Assembly (NCBI GenBank): GCA_030390025.1
Contig: CM059432.1
Location: 136,030,001 to 136,094,000, forward strand
DNA length: 64,000 bases
Direction: 5' to 3'
From: Squalus acanthias
Lineage: Eukaryota
Made by a program: the position numbers and the translations under genes. Below the pieces are notes generated by a model. It was given only the letters and a program-made list of their open reading frames with translations, ran no database searches and had not been told where the DNA came from. Below are positions 25,367 to 37,100 of the stretch, one piece after another (the stretch's first letter is position 1; each line of letters starts with the position of its first letter).

Positions 25367-25670
25367 GGGCTGGATTTTCATTGACCCGTGGAGGCGGATT
25401 TGGAGGCGTGTGGGGGGATTAAAATTGTGAAAACTGGCGGGCGGGCACAAGTCCGCCTCCATCCCGCCTCCACGCAATTTTCATGAAATCGTGTCTGCTG
25501 GTCCCGACTGCGTCCCGCCTTTAAGAGACGGGATAGGCTGTTAAGGCTCTTAACAAGCACTAAATTGGCTCGATAATGCCATTTTGAAAGGCCTTTGTGA
25601 TTTTAACCCTTGTTCTACGTGAAGCACGCCTGTTCTGAACCACGATTGTGAAACCTGGCGGGAGTACATT

Positions 25671-25702
<32 letters not shown>

Positions 25703-25995
25703 GTGTAAAAATATCTGGGAGCAGACGTAGGGCTGCTGCTGCTCATTTTGCATCCAGGTCCTCTCACAGCAAAGGCCAGGCAATCTCTGAAGACCTTCAA
25801 TGCAGCAGCAATGATGACATCAGCAGAGGCGACTTTCAGACTGAAAACACTAATTGGTTCATGGGTTCCCACATGCTGGAACTCAATTGCCCAATTAGGT
25901 GAAAATTGCATCAATCTCCCACATCCAATTGCAGTCGGGTGGATAACACGAAAAGTGGATGACACGACCCCAACCCACCCCAGTATCAAAATCCA
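25367..25995. mobile_element. Harbinger MITE family B (ends related to element 1194-3834)
   Basis: Left TIR GGGCTGGATTTT, right TIR clipped (AAAATCCA). Homologous to 30986-31711. Confidence 0.85.
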
Positions 25996-26424
25996 TGTCT
26001 CTCCACCTTGAAGGCCTGCCATTACTTATTTACTGTTTTCCTGGTCAATCTTTGTTTCCAGTCCACCTGTGCTAGATCCTGTCTCAAATCATTGAAGTTG
26101 GCTCTCTTCCGATTCAGAAACTGAGATTTAAGCTTAGAATTTGCAATGGATGCAGTATGGCGGAGCATGCATGGTACCCACTCAATGTCATAAATGCTAA
26201 GCTGCCGTAAATTGCAGAATTGCTAAAATATTGTGGGTGAGATCTAGGTATTAGAAATGCCCCTGAGTGGAAGCTCTCCTGTTAGACAGTTGGAAATAGC
26301 CTACTGCTGCAGAATTTGAAGAGACAGGAATCCCATGAATCACTTTTACTGTATCTAGTTAAATTTCTATGCCAATTCCTATGTCTGTGAGGTCAGTTGC
26401 AGGGCAGAGAGCTCATAGGATGAA

Positions 26425-26810
26425 AGATAGGAAGATAGGAACATAAAGAGGCCATTGAGTCCCTCGAGCCATTCCCGCCATTCAATTAGATCATGGCTAA
26501 TCTGTATGTCAACTCCATTTACCTGCCTTGGTTCCATAACCCTTAATACCCATGCCTAACAAAAACCATTCAGTCTCATTTTTGAAATTTTCAATTGACC
26601 CCCAGCCTCAACAACCTTTTGGGGAGAGAGAGTTCCAGATTTCCACTCCCCGTTGTGTGAAGAGGTGCTTCCTCTCATCACCCCTGAATGGCCTAGCTCT
26701 AATTTTAAGGTTGTGCCCCCTTGTTCTGGACTCCCTCCATCTATCCTATAAATTCCTTTAATCATCTTAAACACCTCAATTAGATCACCCCTTAATCTTC
26801 CATAATCTAG
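26425..26810 (-). mobile_element. CR1 3' fragment
   Basis: RLRGDLIEVFKMIKG plus tail. Confidence 0.8.
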
Positions 26811-26869
26811 CACTCTCTTACTTCATAGATGCAGCTGTGGAAGTGCTGCTACAGGAGGTCAGACCGATG

Positions 26870-27460
26870 AGCCAGGCCCTCATCCATACCACTGTTACCT
26901 CTAGATTGACTACTTCAATGCTCTCCTGCCCGGCCTCCCAGATTGCACCCTCCGTAAACTGGAGCTCATCCAAAAACTCTGCTGCCCATATCCTAACTCG
27001 CACCAAGTTCCGTTCACCCATCACCCCTGTGCTCGCTGGCTCCCAGTCCGGCAATGCCTCGATCAAAAAATGTTCATCCTTATTTTCAAATCCCTTCATG
27101 GTTTCTCCCCTCTGTATGTCTGTAACCACTTCCAACCCTCCAAAATCTCTTCGCTCCTCCAATTTTGACCTCTTGCGCATCCCCGATTTCCATCACTCCA
27201 CCATTGGCGGCCGTGCCTTCAGCTGCCTCGGCCCTAAGCTCTGGAATTCCCTCCTTAAACCTCTGTGCATCTCTACCTCTCTCTGCTCCTTTAAAATGCT
27301 CCCTAAAACCTACCTCTTTGACCAAGCTTTTGGTTACCTTTCCTAATATCTCCAAATGTGGCTCAGTGTCAAATATTGTTTGACAATGCACTTGTGAAGC
27401 GCCTTGGCACGTTTTACTCTGCTAAAGGAGCAATATAAATATAAGTTGCTGTTGTTGTTG
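26870..27460 (+). mobile_element. L2 3' fragment
   Basis: NSAAHILTRTK..SPITPVL, GGRAFSCLGPKLWNSL and a (TTG)n tail. Confidence 0.88.
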
Positions 27461-27499
27461 CTGGAATGGGCAGAGGTCTCCTAAAGAGAAATGTCCTGG

Positions 27500-28550
27500 G
27501 GCAACGGAAAAATGGTGACCAGGGCAGCAAATGTCAACAGCAACACTCTATGCCTGACCACTCAGTGCTGGTAAGAGTTGAATAACCTTACCATGGATAT
27601 AGATTACTTCATAGAAATTGAAAAGGCAAACTAGGAAGGGCATAGCCTTTTGTGTGAAAGATAACTTGATTATAAAAGAGAGGCAGATATCTGGTCCAGG
27701 TGTGGAGATGGTGGAAACCCTAAAGATGGGGATGAAACATATGAGGAGAAGGAAACTAGCTATAAGCATCTGCTATAGACCACCAGGTAAGCAGGAAGGA
27801 TTGGACCAAGAGCTTCATAGTTAAATAGTGTGTACAGGAACAGATGCAGTTGTCATGGATGACTTCAAGTTACCAGAGATAGATTGGAAAATCTATAAAG
27901 GGTTCAATAGAAGTGGAAAATATGCTCCTGAATATAATATTAGATTTTTACAGGGAACAATGGTTAAGGAACTTAAGCGACCAGGGAAGCTATTGGACCT
28001 GGCATTAAGCAACAACAAGGAGATGGTAGAGGAGGTCAAACTCAGAGAACACCTCAGTAACACTGACCACAGTATGGTTGAATTTAAGGTCAGACTTAGG
28101 ATGGAAAAGAGAAAAGGGCTGATTTTCCTCACTGCAGTGCCTGAGCAAAACTCATGTTCCAGGCACTACGGAGAGGAGAAGGGTTAGGTTAGGTCCCTGC
28201 GTGCATTATATTGTCCCGGGTTTACTCCCAGACCCTCCAATGGTGAGGGTCCCATCACAAGCCCCACCATCAGCTTTATGTGAGGCCCCTTTATTTGGGT
28301 ACCCAGTGGACGTGTGTGGAGGAAGTTGAGGCAAGGGGCCTGGGAATACCTCCTCCCACCTCACATCAGAATAATCTATAGGCCAACGAGCTTAATATCC
28401 ATTCTGGGTAAAGTATTAGAAAGCATCTTGAAAGAGGGCAAATGAAATATCTAGATAGGTATGGTATGGAACGAGGGAATCAACAGGCGTGTAAGGGAGG
28501 GAGGTATTGCCTAACAAATTTACTGAAGTTCTTTGAAGAACTGACGGATC
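27500..28550 (+). mobile_element. Highly decayed CR1 endonuclease/RT remnants
   Basis: ICYRPPG, MDDFKLPEIDW, LLDLAL, TDHSMV and CLTNLLKFFEE. Confidence 0.65.
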
Positions 28551-28774
28551 TTACTTGCGTGGGCTGCGTATCAAACAGAACTGATTAATCAGAAAAAAGC
28601 TCTTAATGTAGTCTTTCGCGAATCTTCCAAGCTCCCTGCAGAGAATATGCAGCAGTACCTGTCTGACATCTGTGTCAGCACACAAGAGAATTTCAGGAAC
28701 CTGCAGAGCACCATGGAGTGAGTGGCTGCTCCAGGGCAACCTATGGGTGAGCCCGCAGGACAGAGTCCAAGCAC

Positions 28775-29112
28775 TAGGCTGATACTCTAGTGAGGGAGTG
28801 CTGCACTGTCGGAGGTGCCGTCTTTTTGATAAGATGTTAAAATCTCGCTCCGTCTGCTCTCTCATGTGGGCGTAAAAAATCCCAGGGCACTACTTCAAAT
28901 ATTTATCCCTCCACCAACATCACTAAAAACAGATTATCTGGTCATTATCGCATTGCTGTTTGTGGGAGCTTGCTGTGCGCAAATTGGCTGCTGCGTTTTC
29001 AACATTACAACAGTGACTACACTTCAAAAAAGTACTTCATTGGTTGTAAAGCGCTTTGGGATGTCATAAGGTCATGAAAGGCACAATATAAATGCAAATC
29101 TTTCTTTCTTTT
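28775..29112 (+). mobile_element. Deu-domain SINE, internally deleted
   Basis: Deu core and tail. Confidence 0.8.
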
Positions 29113-30389
29113 TTGCCAGCCACAGTACTGGTCAGCTGCGGCTCAAGTCTTCATTTCCTACCAGGCATGTTGCAACATGAACTTCTAAGGATGGTGCCAT
29201 AGAGTATAACAGAGGGAAGCCTCCCTAGCACCCAATTCATGTCACACTACATCCACTTCAGCAGTCATTTGAAGAGGGGGTCAGAAGCTGGGCTGTTCCT
29301 AGACACAAAAGGCATCAAGGGGTATGGGGAGAGAGTGGGAATATGGTATTGAGATAGAGGATCAGCTGTGATCATATTGAATGGTGGAGCAGGCTCGAAT
29401 GGCCTATTCCTGCTCCTATTTTTCTATGTTTCTATGTTCCAGCATTTGCCTGTAAATTTATGCCTGCAGCTTGGGTTTCCTTTCTCCTCAGTATTGCCTG
29501 TCTCTTCTTAACCCTTTACCTCTTCAGCCTCGGTAAAGGTTACCAATGGAGTTGAGTTGCCTTTTGGGCCTATTTAAAGGCTTTCAGAATGTTTGACACC
29601 CTATTGTGACACTTCCCTTGTTCCTTACCTTTTAAATTTCATTTAGCGCAATGTGCTGCACCCACCACTAGTGTGCTCCCTACATCCAATCAAATCTGCA
29701 TCTGGATCTGGATCTGTGATTAATGAAGCAAGTGGGCCGATCCATGAAAATGGAGCGCTATTAGCACATTTCAGGGTGATTTTCGACTTCTGGCTACCTG
29801 TTTTGTATGGGTAAAATGGGCACTAGGCCTCAGAATTTTGAGTGGGGTCCTTGCTCTGATTTCTGCTGGAAGCGAGCTTGATTTGGGTGAAAGGCATTTT
29901 ATCGCCCGGGGCGCCTGCCTGAAAGCTATGGGCACCTAATAAATATATGCTAATGAAGACCCTGCACCTGTTGTAGGACCCTACTGCAATGTTCAATTGC
30001 CCTAGCGCTGGATTCGCTAAAACCTGCCCAAAAATCCTGGGCGGGAACTGTCAGGAGGGATACTGCAGCAACAATATTTCAAGAGACCCTCAGCTGCAGT
30101 CAGGTAAGTCCCTGGTTAGTTGTTTTAAGCTGCTAGTGGGCTCTTGTGCTTATTTCTGGCTGCGTTGGCTGCTGTTGCTGACTGCAAAAATGTGTGGCAA
30201 GTTATTTGTTGGAGCTTGGAGAGAATCTCTGACGAGGGGCTTCTGCAAAAGCCTCCTTCTGGCAAAACAGGTGCGGTTGTCAGTCTGCCATTGTGGCTGG
30301 AGAACTAAGTGGAGGAAGAGAGAGGAAGGGAGGGAGGGACGCAGGAAAGAAGGAAGGAAGAAAATAAATAAGGAAGGAAGGAAAGAAGG

Positions 30390-30785
30390 AACATTTCAAC
30401 CTCAGGACCTCCCAAAGCGCTTTACAACCAATTAAGTACTTTTCAATGTTGTAATTTAGGAAACGCGGCAGCCAATTTGTGCTCAGCAAGCTCCCATAAA
30501 CAGTAATGAGATAATGACCAGATAATCTGTTTTTTAGACATGTTGGGGTTGAGGGATAAATTTGACCAGGACACTGAGGACAACTCCCCTGCTCTTATTT
30601 GAATAGTGCTGTGGGATCTTTTACGTCTATCTAAGAAGGCAAATGGGATCTCGGTTTAACGTCTCATCCGAAAGACGACACGTCTGACAGTGCAGCGCTC
30701 CCTCAGTACTGCAGTGACATGTCAGTCTAGATTATGTGCTCAATTCTCTGGAGTGGGACTTAAACCTACAACCTTCAGACTCAGC
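30390..30785 (-). mobile_element. Deu-domain SINE
   Basis: Reverse-complement Deu core. Confidence 0.8.
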
Positions 30786-30985
30786 GGGAGCGACCTGCAG
30801 CTACAGGGAAAAGAGGGCGAAGGAGGGGAGGTCGCAGGAAGCCTCACCCCACATGAGTTTACAGGACCAGAATGTAGTATCTCCAGATCAGTGAGGTGCA
30901 GTTGCCCAGCAACTCTGATTCACCAGGGAGGCTGTTACAGAGCTATGTCACCTATTGTAGCACCAATTGCAGCCTCGCACACCAT

Positions 30986-31443
30986 GGGCTGGATTTTCAT
31001 AGACCCGTGGAGGCGGGTTTGGAGGCGTGTGGGGGTTTAAAATTGCGAAAAGTTGCGGGCGGACCCGATCCCGCCTCCATTCCACCTCCATGCAATTTTG
31101 ATGAAATCGTGTGCGGTGGTCCCGTCTCCGTCCCGTCTCCAAGAGGCGGGAGAGGCCATTAAAGCCCTTAACAAGCCCTAAATTGGCTCTGTAATGGCAT
31201 TTTGAAACGTTTTAGCTAGTTTAACCCTTTTCCCACATGAAGCATGCCTGATCTAAAACACGCCAGTGAAACCTGGTGGGAGCACAAGTGGATAGCTGAC
31301 TATCAGCTGCAGGCCCACTATTACAACGGAGATGTGATGAAGGTAGTAGTAGTATTAGGTCTGAAAGTCGCCTCTGATGCTGCTGCATTTAATGTCTTCA
31401 GAGACTGCCTGGCCTTTGCTGTGAGAGGACCTGGAAAAAAAAT

Positions 31444-31476
<33 letters not shown>

Positions 31477-31711
31477 TTCTCTCTCTCTCTCTCTCTGAGC
31501 TGCTGCTCATTTTGCAGCAACAATGATGACATCATCAGAGGCGACTTTCAGACTGAAACCACTAATTGGTTCATGGGTTCCCACATGCTGGAACTCAATT
31601 GCCCAATTAAGTGAAAATTGCATCAATCTCCCACATCCAATTGCAGTCAGGTGGATAACACGAAATGCGGATGATACGACCCCAACCCGCCCCAGTATCA
31701 AAATCCAGCCC
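30986..31711. mobile_element. Harbinger MITE family B, complete
   Basis: Perfect TIRs GGGCTGGATTTT / AAAATCCAGCCC, TSD CAT on both sides. Confidence 0.92.
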
Positions 31712-31730
31712 CATGCCTCTGAAGGTGATT

Positions 31731-32536
31731 GCGCCCCTGAATTTCTATCCCTCCGGATCATTCCAGGCTGCAACAGGGGACATGCAGAATATTGGCCCAG
31801 AAATTGATCTCGCTCTGTTCCCGCGGGGGTAAGGCTTTCCCGCGATCTCTCACCTCGCTTGTGCTTTTTCAGATCCAGCTCGCACGAACTTCATGTTCTA
31901 GAGATCAGCCGGGCAGTGCTTGCGTATCCCAGCGGCGTAGTGAATTTGTGCGAGCTGTGGGATCACGTGACTCAGTTAGAGCCAATGGCAGCACACCATC
32001 TTCCATTCATAAGTTTCATAGCACGGCTGTGAAATCTATGAATCTTACACCCCCCCAAAATAACAGCTAAACCTCAATTAAATTTAAAAAAAACCCATCA
32101 CATTAATAAAATAAGTATAGTTAATTAAATTAACCATTTTAAATAAAAAATTAAATTTTTGAAAAAATTTAAAATCTTTTAAAAAGTTATAAAAATAAAC
32201 TTACCTGTCTTTAAAGTCTCTAAAAAAGATATACCTGTAAAAAAAAATTCAAAAAAATACTTAATTCACTACTTACCTTCTTAAAAGCGGGTCTTACTCC
32301 TCCTTTTTACATTTCCAAAATCTTCCCTACTTACCTGCGCGTCCAAAGCATGAAGTGCACAGTGTGCGCGCAGCCTGTAGCGCGCACGCGATGCACCCAG
32401 GACCCGCCCCCTTTTCAAAAGAGCAATTGCCGGTTTTCAGCGCATGCGCAGGGCATGCAGAAAACCGGCAATTGGAGTGGGAATACGCGAGAGTACGCAG
32501 TGCGTACTCTCGCGTCCCGGGATCAATTTTCGGCCC
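31731..32536. mobile_element. Harbinger-type MITE with AT-rich core
   Basis: Right end AATTTTCGGCCC, GCGCATGCGC motif and AATAAACTTACC core shared with the 10521 element. Left end uncertain. Confidence 0.6.
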
Positions 32537-32569
32537 ATTATTTAATGCACGGTGCATGTCTAAATCAAG

Positions 32570-33510
32570 CAGTTATGGATACACTCTTTGCTAAAGAAAT
32601 TAGTTAATCTCTTTCCCTATGGAAGCAGCAAAGCAGGAAGATAAGGTTCTGGGCTTCACCAGGATCACAGGTTTCCTCCAGGCTCATGGCATATTTGACT
32701 GTATCCATATCGTAACTCACACCAAGACCTGTTCACCCCCCACCCCTGTGCTCACTGATCTATATTGGCTCCCGGTCTGGCAAAGCCTTGATTTAAAAAA
32801 TCTCACCCGTGTTTTCAAATCCTTTCATGGCCTCGTCCCTCCCTATTAATGTAACCTCCTCCAGCCCTACGACCCTCCGAGATCCCAGCGCTCCTCCAAT
32901 TCTGGCCTCTTGCGCATCACTGATTTTCATCGCTCCACCATTGGCGGCTGTGCCTTCAGCTGCCTCGGCCCTAAGCACTGGAATTGCCTTCCTAAACCTC
33001 TCCGCCTCTCTACCTCTCTCTCCTCCTTTAAGACGCTCCTTGAAATCTTCCTCTTTGACCAAGCCTTTGGTCACCTAGCCTAATATCTCCTTTTGTGGCT
33101 CGGGGTCAAATCTTGTCTGATAACATTCCTGTGAAGTGCCTTGGGACATTTTTACTATGTTAAAGGCGCTATATAAATGCAAGTTGTTGTTGTTCTACCC
33201 ACATAGCCTTGCATCCAGACCCCAGGAGCATTCATAAACAGGAAGGGCTTCCACTTGCTGAACATACAGCTGTCGTGCGAAAATGGGCAGTGTATCCCGG
33301 CAGTTGTCGTGATGTCTTTATTCTGCGTCAGTCCTCAATCCACCCATCTCTTTCACCCAGACCATCTGGTGAGGCTGGTTGTTTGGGGAGAAGGGATATG
33401 TACCCTGAACACGTGTCTCACAACATCTGTCAGGAACCCACGCACAGAGGCAGTGGTGCGTTACAATCAGAGCCACACCTCTTTAAGACTTGTGTAGACT
33501 ATTTTTCATC
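32570..33510 (+). pseudogene. Decayed Harbinger transposase, split by L2
   Basis: FPMEAAKQ..GFTRITGFLQAHGIFDCIHI | FINRKGFHLLNIQL, YPGSCRDVFILRQS, GWLFGEKGY and RYNQSH. Confidence 0.85.
32712..33193 (+). mobile_element. L2 3' fragment
   Basis: TPVLTDLYWLPV and tail AAAGGCGCTATATAAATGCAAGTTGTTGTTGTT. Confidence 0.88.
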
Positions 33511-33599
33511 CGACAGTGTTACAATGAGTCTGGGTAGTCTATTTGATCATGGGGAACGTTGCAGGTAAGCTTAATCCTCCCTGTCCCATTCCAAATACT

Positions 33600-33990
33600 T
33601 CAGCACAAAATCTAGGCTGACACTCCAGTGGAGTACTGAGGGAGTGCTGCAGTGTCAGAGGTGCCGTCTTTCAGATGAGAAGTTAAACTGGGGTCCCGTC
33701 TGCCCTCTCAGGTGGACCTTAAAGACCCCATGGCACGATTTCGAAGAAGAGCAGGGGAGTTCTCTCCAGTGTCCTGGCCAACATTTATCCTTCAACCAAC
33801 ACCACAGAAACAGATTATCTGGTCATTTATCTCATTGCTGTTTGTGGGACCTTCCTGTGCGCAATTTGGCTTTGAGTTTCCTACAAAACAACAGTGATGC
33901 CATTTCAAAAGCACTTCATTGGCTGTAAAGCGCTTTGGGACATCCAGAGGTTGTGAAAAGTGTGATATAAATCCAAGTCTTTCTTTTTAT
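33600..33990 (+). mobile_element. Deu-domain SINE
   Basis: Deu core and tail. Confidence 0.85.
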
Positions 33991-34504
33991 TCATCAATGT
34001 CCATAGTGACACCAGCAGAATATTTTGCTTTATTCTCTGCTGCTATCTGGTGGTTGGAGGTCAATCATCACAGCCCCAGGACATTGCTGCAGCAGTTCCT
34101 CAGGGCAGTGTCCTAGGCCCAATCATCTTCAGCTGCTTCATCAATGACCTTCCCTCCAGCTGTCAAAAGCTGCATTCTCTGCTTTCTGTGCTGGATTGAT
34201 TTCTAACTCAGTCTAAGTACAGGGACTCAAGTTAGAAATCATATTGTCAGTGTTTGACAGCTTCACAGAGCTGTCAAACGCTGAAGTTTCATCTGTCAAA
34301 AGCTCATGACAGATGAAATTTCAATGGCTGACATCACCTGTATCCAAGGGACCCTTGATTGGCCTGCTAAGCCCGCTGGACGGGCTTAACAAGGTCAATC
34401 AAGGGAAAATACAATGGGTTGGCCACAAGTCGATGGAGGCAGGACTACAACTCAAAAAGTGGGAGTCCCGCCTCCATCACATCCCCATTGACAAAATCCA
34501 GCCC

Positions 34505-35862
34505 ACTGAGTTTAAAAGTCTGGAAAGCCTCGGCGACACAGGCTGCAAACACAATACAGGCTTCTGAGATAAGGTGAAGTGTTAACAAAAGCTGTAAAAC
34601 ACCACAAGCTTTGAAATGGGAGATGGTTGTAAACACAAAAACAATGCCCCTATTGAAGAAAACCATTGGCGCTTCCAGAAGGTCTGGAGTTTGGGAGAAA
34701 CACAATGGAATGACCCAAGTAAAGTGTTAAAAGCTAACACTCAGGGAAACAGAAACTTAGAACATTAAACAACCATATGCCTTCATAAAGTAGCATCAAA
34801 TAAGACAGGAAACACGATTAAATATGCAACCAATTGAGATAGCAAGAAAACGAGTAAACACCCTAAGAGAAGTGTTTTCAATTTACATATTGTAAAAGAT
34901 ACCTACAGAGAGGCTTTGAAAATATAATATCAATAGATGACACCAAGCAGTTACATTGTGTTTGTATTGAACTTGGAACACCACGGAGTCACGACGTCTG
35001 GCTTACAAGCAGTTAAGTGATATTAAGAATTCAATAGAAAGACTTCCTAAGAATAGCATCAAAAGATAAATCTGTAATAACCATTTTATGATAGTTTTTG
35101 AAACACCTAAAGGTAGAGACAGAATTCTAAAAGTTGGCAGCTGAAATGACAGTAAGAATAGAAAAGAATTCAATAGAGTATCACTAGAGACAATTAGCTT
35201 ACATCAAAAGAAAACTTCAAAGAAAATACCACTAAAAAAAGGTATAAAAATAGAGCTTTTCAGATAAGAGAGTCAGAAGTCGCTGGGAAGGGTCAGAGCG
35301 ATTCTCGCCTTCAGAACCACTCTGTAGGCCTACAACTCTGAATCTCGGGTAATCAAGGTATTTGATTTTGGTGGATATTCTGGATTAAGAAATAAGTAGA
35401 AGTGTGGAAATGTAACGAAGTTAAAATTTGAGAATAAGGATCTCTGATAAGAAATGTACACTATTTGTATTTTGAATGGTTAAAGTTGCGATTGCCATAC
35501 CAACTGTTAACTAGATGTTGGTTCTTTAATATATCTATATATTTTTAAAATTGTCTCAGAGTATTTCTGTATCAACTCGCAAACTCAATTTCTGTACACT
35601 CTTCAGTAAAGAGTTGCAGAATTCTGGGGGGTTTTCCGGACCCTCATAATATCCGGAAGGTTACAGTCTAGTTAAACTTGTTAAAAGTGCTATCCGGAGG
35701 ACGGTAACATCTTCAGGCTGTTCCTTTCCTTTAGGGAGAGATAGTCTGAACCTTTAGACCCAATTAAGCGTCTCTAGGATTCGGCTACCGCTAACTTTAG
35801 TTGAAGGTTAACGTCTGGGGAATACGCCTGATCTGGGGTAGTCCGAAAGGGCTAGGACGTGT
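34505..35862 (+). mobile_element. Solo-LTR-like element, copy 1 (5' end clipped at a Harbinger TIR)
   Basis: Homologous to the reverse complement of 56299-57548. Degenerate repeats of about 125 bp, TATAAA at 35243, no PBS after the end. Confidence 0.7.
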
Positions 35863-36404
35863 AATTATCCCTTCATCCTGACTGGTGCATCGAGTGAGAC
35901 CAGACATACCAGCCCACTGAACGGCGGATGTGGCATCCATCTGGGAGCCCGGGCCTGGGTTGTGGCCTAGACCTCCAAAGTTCTGAAGATTTTTTAACTA
36001 ATTTATCAACGCCGCCCCCCCCTCCCCCTTAATTCGGCCCATTTCCACGATCTTTCTGGGATTGCGGGCAGCCTCTACCCCTGGCCCTTGTATCTGGCAC
36101 AGGCCACCGGGATTCCCAACCTCTTTGGGACGTAGGGACCTGCAATGCATACTGGTGCTGTGGGCACCCGCCGGCATTATTTAAATTGAGTGACAATCCC
36201 TGACCCAGCAAACTTTGACCAGGGTCGGCGCAGAGGTCACCAGTGGGCGGATCTGGCATTTACACCAGGATCAAATGCTGCAGGCTTGCAGTCCCCAGTT
36301 CTGCATCTTGATTTTCTCATCTGTATCCTTCGTTGCTACTACCCCTTGGCCATATCTGTTTTATGTGGCTCGTTGCTGTTCTTCTTTACCTTAATGCTTC
36401 CGTC

Positions 36405-36610
36405 CTTATGCCTCTCCGCTTCTCTACCTCTCTCTCCTCCTTTAATATGCTCCTTAAAATCTACCTGTTTTACTAAATCTTTGGTCACCTGTCCTAATAT
36501 CTCCTTCTTTGGCTCGGTGTCAAATTTTGTTTGATAATCGCTGCTGTGAAGCACCTTGGGACGTTTTACTGCGTATAAGCGCTATATTAATGCAAGCTTT
36601 TGTTGTTCAT
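36405..36610 (+). mobile_element. L2 3' fragment
   Basis: L2 tail. Confidence 0.75.
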
Positions 36611-36616
36611 CCAATA

Positions 36617-36915
36617 CAACAACAACAACTTGTATTTACATAGCGCCTTTAACGTAGTAAAATGTCCCAAGGCGCTCCACAGGAGCGATTATCAAACAAA
36701 ATTTGACACTAAGCCACGTAAGGAGAAATTAGGGCAGGTGACCAAAAGCTTGGTCAAAGAGGTAGGTTTTAAGGAGCGTCTTAAAGGAGGAGAGAGAGGT
36801 AGCGAGGCGGCGAGGTTTAGGGAGGGAATTCCAGAGCTTAGGGCCCAGGCAGCTGAAGGCACGGCCGGCAATGGTGGAGCGACGAAAATCTGAGATGAGC
36901 AAGAGGGCAGAATTT
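36617..36915 (-). mobile_element. L2 3' fragment
   Basis: (CAA)n followed by the reverse L2 tail. Confidence 0.85.
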
Positions 36916-37100
36916 TAGTAGCGCAGGAATCTCGGACCAGATGCATATTTTATTCATTTTTCAATGCAGAACTTATTCATTTTAAAAGTCATATCCCCTT
37001 GTTAAACTTCAAGAATCTTCTTTTTTCCGTGAGGGAAAATTAATTGAGGAATGCTCAAAAAGGAAAATCCCGCTTGCAAGCAGTGAACAACATATAAACT

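Larger units (their letters stand above)
23998..26110 (-). mobile_element. Old CR1 ORF2 fragment, interrupted three times
   Basis: VPEDWRIANVTPLFKK...NYRPINLTS and SSPDGIH. Split by a hAT MITE, a SINE and a Harbinger MITE. Confidence 0.8.

Noticed and set aside
34700..35220. Periodic repeats resembling a CRISPR array
   Set aside because: The units are degenerate over their whole length with no repeat-spacer structure, and the context is eukaryotic
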